From the NCBI GenBank assembly GCA_035461175.1, contig DATHVR010000073.1, forward strand, positions 9,871-73,870: 64,000 nt of DNA. Reading direction: 5' to 3'. The DNA comes from Acidimicrobiia bacterium. GTDB taxonomy: Bacteria > Actinomycetota > Acidimicrobiia > Spongiisociales > ZC4RG35. The translations under genes and the position numbers were made by a program. Positions 27,075 to 36,354 of the stretch are shown piece by piece; position 1 is the stretch's first letter, and every line of letters starts with the position of its first letter. The notes under the pieces are model-generated. The model made no database searches, was not told the origin of the DNA, and saw only the letters and a list, made by a program, of their open reading frames with translations.

Positions 27075-27806
27075 CTAGAGAAAGGCCTGGGCGACCTCGA
27101 CCGCCTTCTGGGCGGTCTCTCCGGTCACTTTGAGTCGCACATCCTTGGGCTTGATGCGGCGCACCACCACCCGGGCCCAGTCCGAGGCCGAGCCCTTGAT
27201 GAGGTCGTCGGTGTCTTCGGGGCCGTAGACCCACTTGGCGTATCCGGGTCCGATCACTTCTACACGGACGGGCGAGTAGTCGAGCCCGGCCGCCTTGAAG
27301 GCGTAGGGGAGTGTCTTCCACCCCAGCCAGCAGATGTGGCGGATGCGGGTCGTATCCTCGACTTCGATCTCCAGGGCGCGGTAGATATCCAGACCGTGGG
27401 CCCATGTCTCCATCAGGCGGAAGGTGGCGAAGGTGCGGGCGCTCATCGACCCTTCGATCCACTCCACCCGGTCGTGCTCGGTCATGTGGGACAGCGGCTC
27501 GACCACCTTGGCCCGGCCGCCGCGCCACCATTCGATGACATCCTGGGGACGCATCGCCCGGCCGCGCTGGATGGCCCGCTGCCGGAGGACGTCGAGATCA
27601 CTCGCCTTCTGCCACTCCTTTACCTTGTCGCCACCGAGAAGGGTGTCGGCGGCCAGGTCGGCGAAATCCGCCAGGTGGCTGATGGTGTCGCGCACCGTCC
27701 ACGGCTTGGACGGAGTGACCCGGTCCCAGTTCTTGATCGGAATCCGCTGGAGCGATTGATCGAGGAACTGCTGTTCTGCTACCAGGTCTGAAAGGATCTC
27801 ACGCAC
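27075..27806 (-). CDS. TIGR03084/DinB_2-like (mycothiol-dependent maleylpyruvate-isomerase N-domain family) protein.
   Basis: …WTVRDTISHLADF…; 243 aa; 4-nt gap to the BtpA gene. Confidence 0.55.
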   Translation of the reverse strand: MREILSDLVAEQQFLDQSLQRIPIKNWDRVTPSKPWTVRDTISHLADFADLAADTLLGGDKVKEWQKASDLDVLRQRAIQRGRAMRPQDVIEWWRGGRAKVVEPLSHMTEHDRVEWIEGSMSARTFATFRLMETWAHGLDIYRALEIEVEDTTRIRHICWLGWKTLPYAFKAAGLDYSPVRVEVIGPGYAKWVYGPEDTDDLIKGSASDWARVVVRRIKPKDVRLKVTGETAQKAVEVAQAFL

Positions 27807-27853
27807 CCACCCAGTTTAGTACTTCGACCCAAGCAAGGCATCAGGCCGCCCTC

Positions 27854-28939
27854 TCACCAGGGTCGTTCAGCCTGTTCCTCGGTCATCGGCGACGGGGGAT
27901 GGACGGTGGTAGGAGTAACGACGAGATCGTTGAGCGTGTTGATCAAACGACGAAGACGCCCGAAGCTGCGCCGGTCGAACCGGAAGGCGAGACGATCCAG
28001 GTCCAGGTGGTCGAAGTCGGCTACCTCGGCATCGGTGGGCGGGATCACGCGCATCTCACCCTCTTCGACGATGTCGGAGTACTCGGCGTTGAGCTCCTTG
28101 AGCGTCCCGGCGTCGGGGGCCTGGGTGAGACGCAGGACCAGCACGCCGTCCACGTAGCGCTGGGAGTGGTAATTGGCGTAGAAGTGGCACAGCTCGTCGG
28201 CCGCCGCCCGGGGATCCGAGTGGACGTTGAACAGGCTGGTGTCGGTGGGGGAGATGTAGCCGCCGTTGACGAGCACCTCTTCCAGGAAGGGCAGTATCGA
28301 ACTCCAGTAGTGGCTGTCCTCGGATTCCATCAACACCACCGGATGCAGGTCGGACTTCCCGGTCTGCACCAGGGTGAGCAACTCGAACGTCTCGTCCAGG
28401 GTCCCGAATCCGCCCGGAAAGATGGCGAAGGCATGGGACTCCTTCACGAATCCGAGCTTGCGGGTGAAGAAGTACTTGAAGTTGACCGTGCGCTGGGGAG
28501 TGACGTAGGAGTTGGCGATGGACTCGAAGGGAAGCCGGATGTTGACGGCATAGGAATGGTCGAGACCCGCTCCCTTGTTGCCCGCCTCCATGATCCCGGG
28601 GCCACCGCCGGTGATGACCCCCCATTCCCGTTTCACCATCTCCTCGGCGAGGGCGCCGGCGAGTTCGTAGTCGGGGTGCCCCTCGGCAGTTCGGGCGGAG
28701 CCGAAGATGGTGACCTTGGGCTCCTCGTGGCGCGAGAAGACCAGCATCGAGTAGCGCATCTCCTTCAAGGCGGTGTTGATCAACCGCAGGTCACCGCGGC
28801 TGGGGCTGTCGCGATGGAGTTTGAGTGCGGTGGTGACGATCTCGACCACCAGATCGGCGTTGTCGTTTTCCGAGGCATCGGCAACGAGGCGGCGGATGCG
28901 TTCGTCCAGGTCCGCGTCACCGAGTTCGTAGGAGCGCAT
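27854..28939 (-). CDS. LOG-family (TIGR00730) Rossmann protein with N- and C-terminal extensions (PpnN-like nucleotide 5'-monophosphate nucleosidase).
   Basis: …KVTIFGSARTAEGHPDYE…GVITGGGPGIMEAGNKGA…FAIFPGGFGTLDETFELLTLVQTGK…. Confidence 0.75.
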   Translation of the reverse strand: MRSYELGDADLDERIRRLVADASENDNADLVVEIVTTALKLHRDSPSRGDLRLINTALKEMRYSMLVFSRHEEPKVTIFGSARTAEGHPDYELAGALAEEMVKREWGVITGGGPGIMEAGNKGAGLDHSYAVNIRLPFESIANSYVTPQRTVNFKYFFTRKLGFVKESHAFAIFPGGFGTLDETFELLTLVQTGKSDLHPVVLMESEDSHYWSSILPFLEEVLVNGGYISPTDTSLFNVHSDPRAAADELCHFYANYHSQRYVDGVLVLRLTQAPDAGTLKELNAEYSDIVEEGEMRVIPPTDAEVADFDHLDLDRLAFRFDRRSFGRLRRLINTLNDLVVTPTTVHPPSPMTEEQAERPW

Positions 28940-28977
28940 GCGACAAACTTAGGGGGCCGGAGCCCAGGATCGAACTC

Positions 28978-29967
28978 TCATCCCTTACCGAACGGCGTCT
29001 TGGAGGGACCCTTGCGCACCACGGCGTTCCACACCGTCTCGTAGTGGTCGCGGTCGTAGCGGTCGACGTGGGGGAGCACGAACTCTTCCCATGCCGCCCG
29101 CAACGGATCGTCATCGCCGGCATGGACACGAAGTCCGGTGGGAAGTCGGTCGAGCAATGTCCGTAGCGAGAGCGGCGTCTCGACCCGGGTGCCGGCGTCG
29201 GACGACTCGAAGGAGGCATTCACCTCCACGGCCAGGCGGGAGATCGCCTCGGCGTATTCGGGGGCGAGGGGCGGATACCGAACATCGAGCATCTGGCGGA
29301 CCTGCTCCTCGGATGGGAAAGCCTTCTCCCAGATCACCCACCGGTCGGCGAAGGCCTTGTTGAGGGTCTGGGTGCCGGCGTAGTCGCGGAGGTCGGTCGG
29401 GTTCATCGTCCCGAAGATGCGTACGTCGTCACGTAGCCGGACCGTCTCTCCGGTGGGGAGGTCGAGAGCGGCGTAACGATCGAGCAGGCCGTGCAGGGCG
29501 AACAGGGTCTCGGCCCCGGCCGCGTTCAGCTCGGAGAGATTGATCAGGGCCGGGCCGCGTAGGGCGCGGGTTATCTCGCCATCCTCCCAGCGCGATTCGG
29601 TGCCGCCTTTCCCGTCGCCTTGCAACTGGGTGGATCCGATCAGGGTCACATCCCGCACCTCACCCGTGAGCGGGATGCGGTAGTAGGGGAGGCCCATGAG
29701 GGCGGCGAATTGCTCGATGTCGTGGTCCTTGCCCGTTCCCATGTGACCGCGAACGGCGAGATGCAGCGGGACGAAGCCGTCGAGTTCCTCCCGCCGTACC
29801 GCCTCCACCTGAGCGAACCGATACAGCATGCCCAGGTCGACGTAGTGCGGATCGGGAACGGGGATCTTGCCGGCCCGCTGGGGGTCGTCGGGAAGACCGA
29901 ATCGGTCCAACTCGATCGGGCGGCCCGCTCCGGAGGGATCCTCGAACGTGACTTTCTCGGCTCCCAT
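28978..29967 (-). CDS. MoxR/CbbQ-like AAA+ ATPase with atypical Walker A (GHMGTGKD) and Walker B (LINLSE). Start is the ATG at 29967 (TGATG coupling with the upstream gene); the ORF extends to 30006.
   Basis: …HLAVRGHMGTGKDHDIEQFAALMGLPYYRI…ALINLSELNAAGAETLFALHGLLD…VRIFGTMNP…. Confidence 0.65.
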   Translation of the reverse strand: MGAEKVTFEDPSGAGRPIELDRFGLPDDPQRAGKIPVPDPHYVDLGMLYRFAQVEAVRREELDGFVPLHLAVRGHMGTGKDHDIEQFAALMGLPYYRIPLTGEVRDVTLIGSTQLQGDGKGGTESRWEDGEITRALRGPALINLSELNAAGAETLFALHGLLDRYAALDLPTGETVRLRDDVRIFGTMNPTDLRDYAGTQTLNKAFADRWVIWEKAFPSEEQVRQMLDVRYPPLAPEYAEAISRLAVEVNASFESSDAGTRVETPLSLRTLLDRLPTGLRVHAGDDDPLRAAWEEFVLPHVDRYDRDHYETVWNAVVRKGPSKTPFGKG

Positions 29968-32090
29968 CAGGAAGCCTCCTTTCTCATTGCAGACGATCTC
30001 ATCCACCAGGTATCCATTCCCTGCAGAGCCAGGCTGCGGCGGAGGGCGGCCCGGGTGCCTTCGACCATGGCACTCGTGAGCTGGTCGGGTGCCTCGACGA
30101 CCTCGGCCCGGTGGTAGGCGTTCTCGACCGTGTCATCGCCGATCCCGATCCCCAATACCGTGGTTCCGGTGGCCTCGACCGAGGTCACGGCCGATCGCAG
30201 AGCCTCCACCGAACCCCGGGTCATCCCGTCGGCGAGAACGATGAGCACCCTGACCTGGGCCCCGAGCCTGCCCATTCGCTCGGCGGCGTGGATGACGTTG
30301 TACTCGTCGATGTTGGCGGCCTTCTCGAACATCGACACCGGCGGAGCCTGACGGGGATCGCGCCGGGCAGCCGCCGAGGCCTGGCGAGGCTCGTTGGCCG
30401 TCCAGAACAGGCCGGCGAGGACGTCCTCGGCATCTCGCCACCGTCGGTTGAAGGGCTTGACCAGGTAGTGGTTGGCAGTGGAGGTGAGCCGGTCGGCGGC
30501 GGCTCCCTGGGTCCGGCGGAGTCCGGCGGTGGCGGCGGAACGACCCCGGCTGTAGCTCCATTCCGTGTCGGCTGCCCGGGCGGCGAAGCCGCGATTGAAC
30601 AGGGCGACCTCGAAATCGATCTGCAACTCGTCGGCCAGATGGGCCAGGGTCCAGGCTCCGAGGAGGGCGGCCGACATCCCCCACGGCTTGGACACGGGGG
30701 TCCCGGTGCGCCTTCCACCGTCGGGACGGGACATCAACATCGAGGCGGAGGCATCGACGAGCAGGCTCACGGCGTAGGTCCGGCGTGATCGGGCCGCCCG
30801 CCGCTCGTACAGCCTCTGATACAGCCCGGCGCCGATGAAGAGCGCGGCATGGGGGGAGACGTCGCCCTGGTCGTATCCCGAGCGCAGCCCGCGCCGCTGG
30901 TTGGCTGCGAAGAGAGGAAACAACTCGCCCGAGACATGACGCTGGGCGACCCCCCACGCCGCCGCCGTTTCCATCAGCGATCTCCGGCCGTCGGCGGCGA
31001 AGAGGGTGAAGGCACCGGGGATGGGCCCGACGACCAGGGGAGCCGACTGCCCGTTGGGCAGGAACACCCTCGGTGCCTGGCTGACGCGGAGCAACTGGTC
31101 GGTCGACTCGTCGTCGGCCATCTCCGATGCGCCGCGGCGATCGGACGGGCCCGAGCGAGCCTGGGCCGCCCGCCGGGTGTCCTGATACGAGTCGGCATCC
31201 TGCAGGATCGGCGTCATCATCCGCACGGAGTCGACCCCCGCCGCCGCCTGGTCGGCGTCGTTCTGTTCAGCCATCCGGCGCTGACTCGGGGTGGCCGTCT
31301 CGGGAAGCTGGGTGAGGAGCCCGTTGGCCCGGGCGATGGCCTCCAGTTTGAGTGCGATTCTGCCTACCTCCCAGGGGTCGGCCGCTTCCTCCACGTCCTC
31401 GAGCAATCCGCTGGCGTCATCGAGGGCGACGGCGGCCCGCGCCTCGAATCGTTTCTCCAGGACCGAGCGGTCGACGTAGTCGCCCACCAGCATGAAACAG
31501 CCGAGCAGGAACTGGGCCAGGGCTCCCGACCGGCCTACGGCGGCGCTGAAGCCGGCCCGATACAGGTCGGTCAGCACGGAGCGGGCGCCGGGGTAGGCCG
31601 ACAGACCACGGATCTCCTGACGGGCGTCTTCCAGGGCGAAGAAGAACGCTTCCGTGACCGGACCTCCGGCGTTTTCCAGCGCCGAGAGCAGGTCCACCTC
31701 TCCCTCGGCGGCCGGGGCGTCGACGTTGAGGCGCGGCCAGTCAGAGGGAACCGCCCGGCGCTCGTCCAGGTCGGTGGCCACCAGATGGACCACTTCGTGG
31801 AGCGCCGAGGCGAGGGCGACCTCGTCGGGAGTGACGGGGGCATTGCGGTTGTATGCCGCCTGAAAGACGCGGGGGTCACACACGATCTCGCTGTCGGAGG
31901 AGGCCGCCTCGGCGCCGAGGCGTACCCGGAGCTCGTCGTTACCGGACAGCGTGCGGGCAAACCTGGTGATGGCGGGGGCAACCCGCTGGTACCTGGCGAC
32001 GACCGCCTCCACCACCCGGTCCTCGGGCTGGAGCAGATCCTGGAGCATGGTCTCGTTGCGGGCGCGCATCAGCCGACCATCTTCCCACAC
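29967..32090 (-). CDS. Large vWA-domain protein (NorD/CbbO/CobT-like partner of the AAA+ ATPase) with an N-terminal HExxH motif. Start uncertain (alternatives 32069, 32048).
   Basis: C-terminal vWA/MIDAS region …YAVSLLVDASASM…VLIVLADGMTRG…. The N-terminal region contains …ALHEVVHLVATDLDE…. Confidence 0.65.
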   Translation of the reverse strand: MWEDGRLMRARNETMLQDLLQPEDRVVEAVVARYQRVAPAITRFARTLSGNDELRVRLGAEAASSDSEIVCDPRVFQAAYNRNAPVTPDEVALASALHEVVHLVATDLDERRAVPSDWPRLNVDAPAAEGEVDLLSALENAGGPVTEAFFFALEDARQEIRGLSAYPGARSVLTDLYRAGFSAAVGRSGALAQFLLGCFMLVGDYVDRSVLEKRFEARAAVALDDASGLLEDVEEAADPWEVGRIALKLEAIARANGLLTQLPETATPSQRRMAEQNDADQAAAGVDSVRMMTPILQDADSYQDTRRAAQARSGPSDRRGASEMADDESTDQLLRVSQAPRVFLPNGQSAPLVVGPIPGAFTLFAADGRRSLMETAAAWGVAQRHVSGELFPLFAANQRRGLRSGYDQGDVSPHAALFIGAGLYQRLYERRAARSRRTYAVSLLVDASASMLMSRPDGGRRTGTPVSKPWGMSAALLGAWTLAHLADELQIDFEVALFNRGFAARAADTEWSYSRGRSAATAGLRRTQGAAADRLTSTANHYLVKPFNRRWRDAEDVLAGLFWTANEPRQASAAARRDPRQAPPVSMFEKAANIDEYNVIHAAERMGRLGAQVRVLIVLADGMTRGSVEALRSAVTSVEATGTTVLGIGIGDDTVENAYHRAEVVEAPDQLTSAMVEGTRAALRRSLALQGMDTWWMRSSAMRKEAS

Positions 32091-32231
32091 GTGTCAATCT
32101 GGTTCCTCCAAGGGGGGACGACCCCCCTGTAACCCCCCACAGCTCCGCGAGGCGCCCTTCCAGACAGCGGGGCTATCCGCCCGACGCCTCACCCTCACGG
32201 TTGTCTCCCGCCGGAGATCGTCGAAAGCTTT

Positions 32232-32273
32232 TCGCGACAGAATTGCGTGCCATAGTGCGCAATTCTGTCGCGA
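32232..32273. promoter_or_regulatory. Perfect palindrome: 16-bp arms TCGCGACAGAATTGCG / CGCAATTCTGTCGCGA with a 10-nt spacer, in the divergent vWA/M16 promoter region.
   Basis: Exact inverted repeat read from the sequence, ~80 nt upstream of the M16 peptidase ATG. Locally AT-richer than the surrounding sequence. Confidence 0.5.
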
Positions 32274-32317
32274 GAACGAGTTGAGCTCCCCGCACCCGGC
32301 CCGCGGCCTTCTGGCTT

Positions 32318-32338
32318 CCGACCTCCGACCTCCGACCT
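32318..32338. repeat. Tandem heptamer (CCGACCT)x3 just upstream of the M16 peptidase start.
   Basis: ccgacctccgacctccgacct. Confidence 0.6.
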
Positions 32339-32353
32339 CATACACTGTCGGCA

Positions 32354-33607
32354 ATGCACTATGACCTCACCGTTCTTCCCAACGGCCTACGGGTGATCAC
32401 CGAGCCGATGCCCTCGCTGCGCTCGACTGCCGTCGGCTGCTGGGTCGACACCGGCACCCGTGACGAGAGGCCGGTCGAGGCGGGGGCTTCCCACTTCCTC
32501 GAACACCTCCTCTTCAAGGGCTCCGAGCGCCTCTCTGCCCGCGCCATCGCCGAGACGTTCGACTCGATCGGCGCCGAATCGAACGCCTTCACCTCCAAGG
32601 ATTACACGTGTTTCTGGGCTCGTCTCCTCGACCAGGACCTCGGCACGGGCCTCGACGTACTGGCCGAGATGCTCCAGCGACCCTCATTCCGTGAATCCGA
32701 GATCGACGCCGAGCGATCGGTAGTGATCGAAGAGATCAACATGAACGAGGACGATCCGTCCGACGTCGCCTTCGAGGAGTTCACCCAGGCCGTGTTCGAG
32801 GGCCATCCGCTGGAGCGTCCGGTGTTGGGGACCAGAAAGTCGATCCGGGCCATGACTCGCGCCGACATCGCCGGATACTGGCACCGGCGTTACACGCCCG
32901 GTTCCACCGTCGTGGCCATGGCGGGGTCGGTGGACCACGACCAGGTCGTCAAGCTCGTGGACAGCTACTTCGGGGACTGGTCGGGCGACGCCATCGATCA
33001 TCATTCCGCTCCCTCCCAGCCGCGACCGCAGGTGCGCCTCGTCACCCGCGACACCGAGCAGGCCCATCTCGTGTTAGGCGGTGCCGGCCTCGACCGGGCC
33101 GACGAGCGGCGCTGGGCGTTCCAGGTGCTCAATCACGTGCTGGGTGGTGGCATGTCGTCCCGCCTCTTCGACGAGATCAGGGAGCAGCGGGGGCTGGCTT
33201 ACGCGGTGTACAGCTTCCGCATGGCGCATGCCGATGCCGGGGCCTGGGGAATCTATGTCGGCACCACCCCGGCCCAGACCGAGACCGCCCTGGAGTTGAT
33301 CCAGGTGGAGCTCGACAAGATCATGACCGAGGGAATCACCGCCGCCGAACTGGAGCGCGCCAAGGGTTCCATGCGGGGCGGACTCGCCCTGGCGATGGAG
33401 GATGCCAACAGCCGCATGGTCCGCCTGGGTCGGGACGAGTTGATCGGTGCTCCCCACTATTCGGTCGACGAGCGACTCGCCCTCCTCGACGCCGTCACCC
33501 TGGACACCGTTCTACAGGTGGCTCAGGAGGTGCTGGCCGGGCCGAGAGTGATGGGAGCGGTGGGGCCGTTCTCCGCCGGCGACCTGGATCGGTTCCTCAC
33601 TCACTGA
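32354..33607 (+). CDS. M16-family (pitrilysin/insulinase-like) zinc metallopeptidase.
   Basis: Inverted zincin motif HFLEHLLFKG…E; 417 aa. Confidence 0.85.
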   Translation: MHYDLTVLPNGLRVITEPMPSLRSTAVGCWVDTGTRDERPVEAGASHFLEHLLFKGSERLSARAIAETFDSIGAESNAFTSKDYTCFWARLLDQDLGTGLDVLAEMLQRPSFRESEIDAERSVVIEEINMNEDDPSDVAFEEFTQAVFEGHPLERPVLGTRKSIRAMTRADIAGYWHRRYTPGSTVVAMAGSVDHDQVVKLVDSYFGDWSGDAIDHHSAPSQPRPQVRLVTRDTEQAHLVLGGAGLDRADERRWAFQVLNHVLGGGMSSRLFDEIREQRGLAYAVYSFRMAHADAGAWGIYVGTTPAQTETALELIQVELDKIMTEGITAAELERAKGSMRGGLALAMEDANSRMVRLGRDELIGAPHYSVDERLALLDAVTLDTVLQVAQEVLAGPRVMGAVGPFSAGDLDRFLTH

Positions 33608-34880
33608 CCGGCGGAACCTCGCCGATGCGCTCGAAGCGGGCCCGGTCGATCGCCCGGCCACGCATCGCGAGAACCGTGACCCGCCAAACCCCAAATGAGA
33701 AGCTCTCGCCTGCTCGCTCGGGGATTGCACCCAGCCGATCCTGGACGAACCCGGAAACGGTGGTGTAGTCGCCGGTCGGAACCTGGATCCCCAGGTCGAC
33801 CAGGTCATGCACCGGAAACCGGCCCGATACCACCAATCCGCCTTCGGCGTCCCGCTGCACGGATCGGATGTCGGGATCGGTCTCGTCGTAGATCTCGCCC
33901 ACCACTTCCTCGAGCAGATCCTCGACCGTGATGATTCCCGCTACCGATCCGAACTCATCGATCACGAGCGCCATCTGTTGGCGGGCTTCTTGCAGGCGCC
34001 GGAGGGCACTCAGGACCTGGACCGACTCCGGCATCGCCTCGGCGGGGGTGACGACGTCACCCACCATGGTTTCGGGAGCCGACGCCACCAGGTCACGCAA
34101 ATGCGCCACCCCCACCGCCCGATCGAGGTCGTCACCCTCGATCACCGGCGCCCGGGAATGACCACTCGCGAGCATGATCTCGATTGCATCGCCGACCGGT
34201 AGCGACGCCGACAGACTGACCACGTCGGGCCGCGGGACCAACACTTCGCGCAGACTGCGCTCGGCTACCTCCACCGCTCCCACCAGTACCTCCTGGTGCG
34301 GCTCGGACAGGCTCCGGTTCGACATGACGATGTCCTTGACCTCCTCCAGGGCGACCTCCTCCCGCGAGACACCGGGCTCTCCGCCGAACAGACGAACCAC
34401 GAGATCCGTGGAGAGGCTGAGCAACCAAACCGCAGGACGGGAGGCGACCTCCAGCCAGCGGAGGGGGCGGGCCACCACCAACGACCAGGACTCGGCCCGC
34501 TGCAGGGCGAGGCGTTTGGGGGCCAGTTCCCCCAGGACCAGCGTCAGAAACGACAGGATCAGGGTCACGGCCACGATCGCCACCGTGTCGGCCGCCTCGC
34601 CGGCGACGCCGAACAGGGGAATCAACGGCTCAGCCAGAGTGACGGCGGCCGTGGCCGACGCCATGAAACCGGCCAGTGTGATCCCGATCTGGATCGTGGC
34701 CAGGAAGCGATTGGGGTCCGCGGTGAGACGGGCCACGGTCTCACCGGAGCCTCCCCGCCTCGCCATCGCCCTCACCTGTGAGTCCCGAAGCGAGATCAGG
34801 GCGATCTCGCTCCCCGCCAGGGCGCCATTGAGCAGCACCAGGCCGGCCACCAGGACCAACTGGGGTATAACTTCCTGCAT
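33597..34880 (-). CDS. CNNM/CorC-HlyC family transporter (DUF21-CBS pair-CorC_HlyC), annotated as hemolysin-family protein.
   Basis: N-terminal DUF21 TM region, CBS pair, and a C-terminal CorC_HlyC domain. Confidence 0.8.
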   Translation of the reverse strand: MQEVIPQLVLVAGLVLLNGALAGSEIALISLRDSQVRAMARRGGSGETVARLTADPNRFLATIQIGITLAGFMASATAAVTLAEPLIPLFGVAGEAADTVAIVAVTLILSFLTLVLGELAPKRLALQRAESWSLVVARPLRWLEVASRPAVWLLSLSTDLVVRLFGGEPGVSREEVALEEVKDIVMSNRSLSEPHQEVLVGAVEVAERSLREVLVPRPDVVSLSASLPVGDAIEIMLASGHSRAPVIEGDDLDRAVGVAHLRDLVASAPETMVGDVVTPAEAMPESVQVLSALRRLQEARQQMALVIDEFGSVAGIITVEDLLEEVVGEIYDETDPDIRSVQRDAEGGLVVSGRFPVHDLVDLGIQVPTGDYTTVSGFVQDRLGAIPERAGESFSFGVWRVTVLAMRGRAIDRARFERIGEVPPVSE

Positions 34881-34968
34881 CCGTACCTCTGTCCTCGGGT
34901 ATCACCGGGCGGGAAGGAACGGTGCACGCTGGCTTCGGCGCCCCGCCCGGGCGACGCCGGAAACGAGA

Positions 34969-35475
34969 CTACGTCTCGATGATCTCCACGGAGCGGATGG
35001 TGGCGTCCTCGCGCGGTCGTTCGCCATCGAGAGGCAGTGCGGCGATGGCGTCCACCGCTTCCATCCCCTCGGCGACGCGGCCGAAGATCGTGTAAGAGTG
35101 GGGGAGCCCCACATCGGCGAGGCAGATGAAGAACTGGCTGCCGTTGGTGTTGGGACCGGCATTCGCCATCGCCACCGTGCCCCGGCTGTAGCTGCCGTCC
35201 CCCTCGAGCTCGTCACGGAACTTGTAGCCGGGACCGCCCCGACCGGTGCCGGTGGGATCGCCGCCCTGGATGACGAAACCGGGAACGACCCGATGGAAGA
35301 TGACGCCGTCGTAGTAGCCCTCCCGCGCCAGGAACACGAAGTTGTTGACGGCCTGGGGGGCACGTTCGGGCAAGAAGTCGATCGCGATCGATCCCTGGCT
35401 TGTGTCCAGGTTGGCCCGATAACTCCGAGCGAGATCGATGGTCAGTTCCGGTTGACTGTCGTATTGCTGAGCCAC
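34969..35475 (-). CDS. ppiA: Peptidyl-prolyl cis-trans isomerase, cyclophilin type. GTG start at 35475 with a GAGGAG SD; the ORF-track frame extends spuriously to 36009.
   Basis: …FHRVVPGFVIQGGDPTGTGRGGPGY…GTVAMANAGPNTNGSQFFI…. Confidence 0.85.
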   Translation of the reverse strand: MAQQYDSQPELTIDLARSYRANLDTSQGSIAIDFLPERAPQAVNNFVFLAREGYYDGVIFHRVVPGFVIQGGDPTGTGRGGPGYKFRDELEGDGSYSRGTVAMANAGPNTNGSQFFICLADVGLPHSYTIFGRVAEGMEAVDAIAALPLDGERPREDATIRSVEIIET

Positions 35476-35531
35476 GTAACTCCTCAGGTGGGGTCGTTTC
35501 CAGCATGGCAGGCCCGGGTGGGGACCAGCAA

Positions 35532-36296
35532 TCAGGCCCGTTCCAACAGGAGATAGGGGCCGCCGCGGGAATCCAGTCGCACCGCGTCCATCCCGGAGAA
35601 GTCGGCGGTGAAGCCATCGCCCAGCACCTCGACCACGAGCCCGTCTTGATCCGCCAGGCCCGCCTCGCATTCTCCCTCGGCGGCTAGCTCGGTCATCAGT
35701 ACCTCGTCGCCGCTCACCTGGAACCGCCCCGTCAGAGTCCGACACCCGGTGTTGCCCTCCATGGCACCGCCCGCGTCGAACACCACGAATGCGCCTCCCT
35801 CGGCTGTTATCTCCGATCCGGGCAATCCGACCGCCACCACGTTCCATCTTCCCTCCAGAGCGGCCGGATCCAGCGGTTCGACGGCCGAGAATTCGAGCCG
35901 GGTGTCCTCGCCGGTGAGGAGCAATCCGTCGTCGTTGAGCTCGGCGGTCTCGATCAGACGCAGTCCCTGGACAAAACGGTCCTCGGCGGCCATCACGTCT
36001 TCGCCACACGCGATGGCGGTCATGGTGAGCTCGGCCCCCATCTCGTAAACGCCACCGACCAGGTCATAGGTGCCCCCGAACGAGTTGCAGCCGCCGGTAC
36101 CGCCGAGAGTGCCGTCGGCATCCAGCCGCAGCGCGATCCGGTAGCCGGGCACCGGAGTCAGCGGCTCGTCCCGGACCGATCCCTCCTCCAGGAGCCAGTA
36201 TCCGGCGACGTCATCCTCATCGATCCCGCCTTCCGGCGGCACGCAGGCGACGAGGGCGAAGACGACGACGAGAGCGAGGACGAAACGTGCGGTCAT
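35532..36296 (-). CDS. META-domain (HslJ-like) lipoprotein. Start ATG at 36296; the ORF extends to 36527.
   Basis: Signal/lipobox MTARFVLALVVVFALVAC, and two META-like segments (…GGCNSFGGTY…, …GNTGCRTLTGRF…). Confidence 0.6.
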   Translation of the reverse strand: MTARFVLALVVVFALVACVPPEGGIDEDDVAGYWLLEEGSVRDEPLTPVPGYRIALRLDADGTLGGTGGCNSFGGTYDLVGGVYEMGAELTMTAIACGEDVMAAEDRFVQGLRLIETAELNDDGLLLTGEDTRLEFSAVEPLDPAALEGRWNVVAVGLPGSEITAEGGAFVVFDAGGAMEGNTGCRTLTGRFQVSGDEVLMTELAAEGECEAGLADQDGLVVEVLGDGFTADFSGMDAVRLDSRGGPYLLLERA

Positions 36297-36354
36297 CACC
36301 CCCAGGATATGGGTGTGATCGGGGGAGCGAACCCACGCCGGGTATCGTGGCATC

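Noticed and set aside
34969-36009. 346-aa ORF containing the cyclophilin
   Set aside because: The N-terminal ~175 codons are poly-Arg/Gly junk overlapping the META lipoprotein gene. The cyclophilin domain starts at the GTG at 35475 with a GAGGAG SD.
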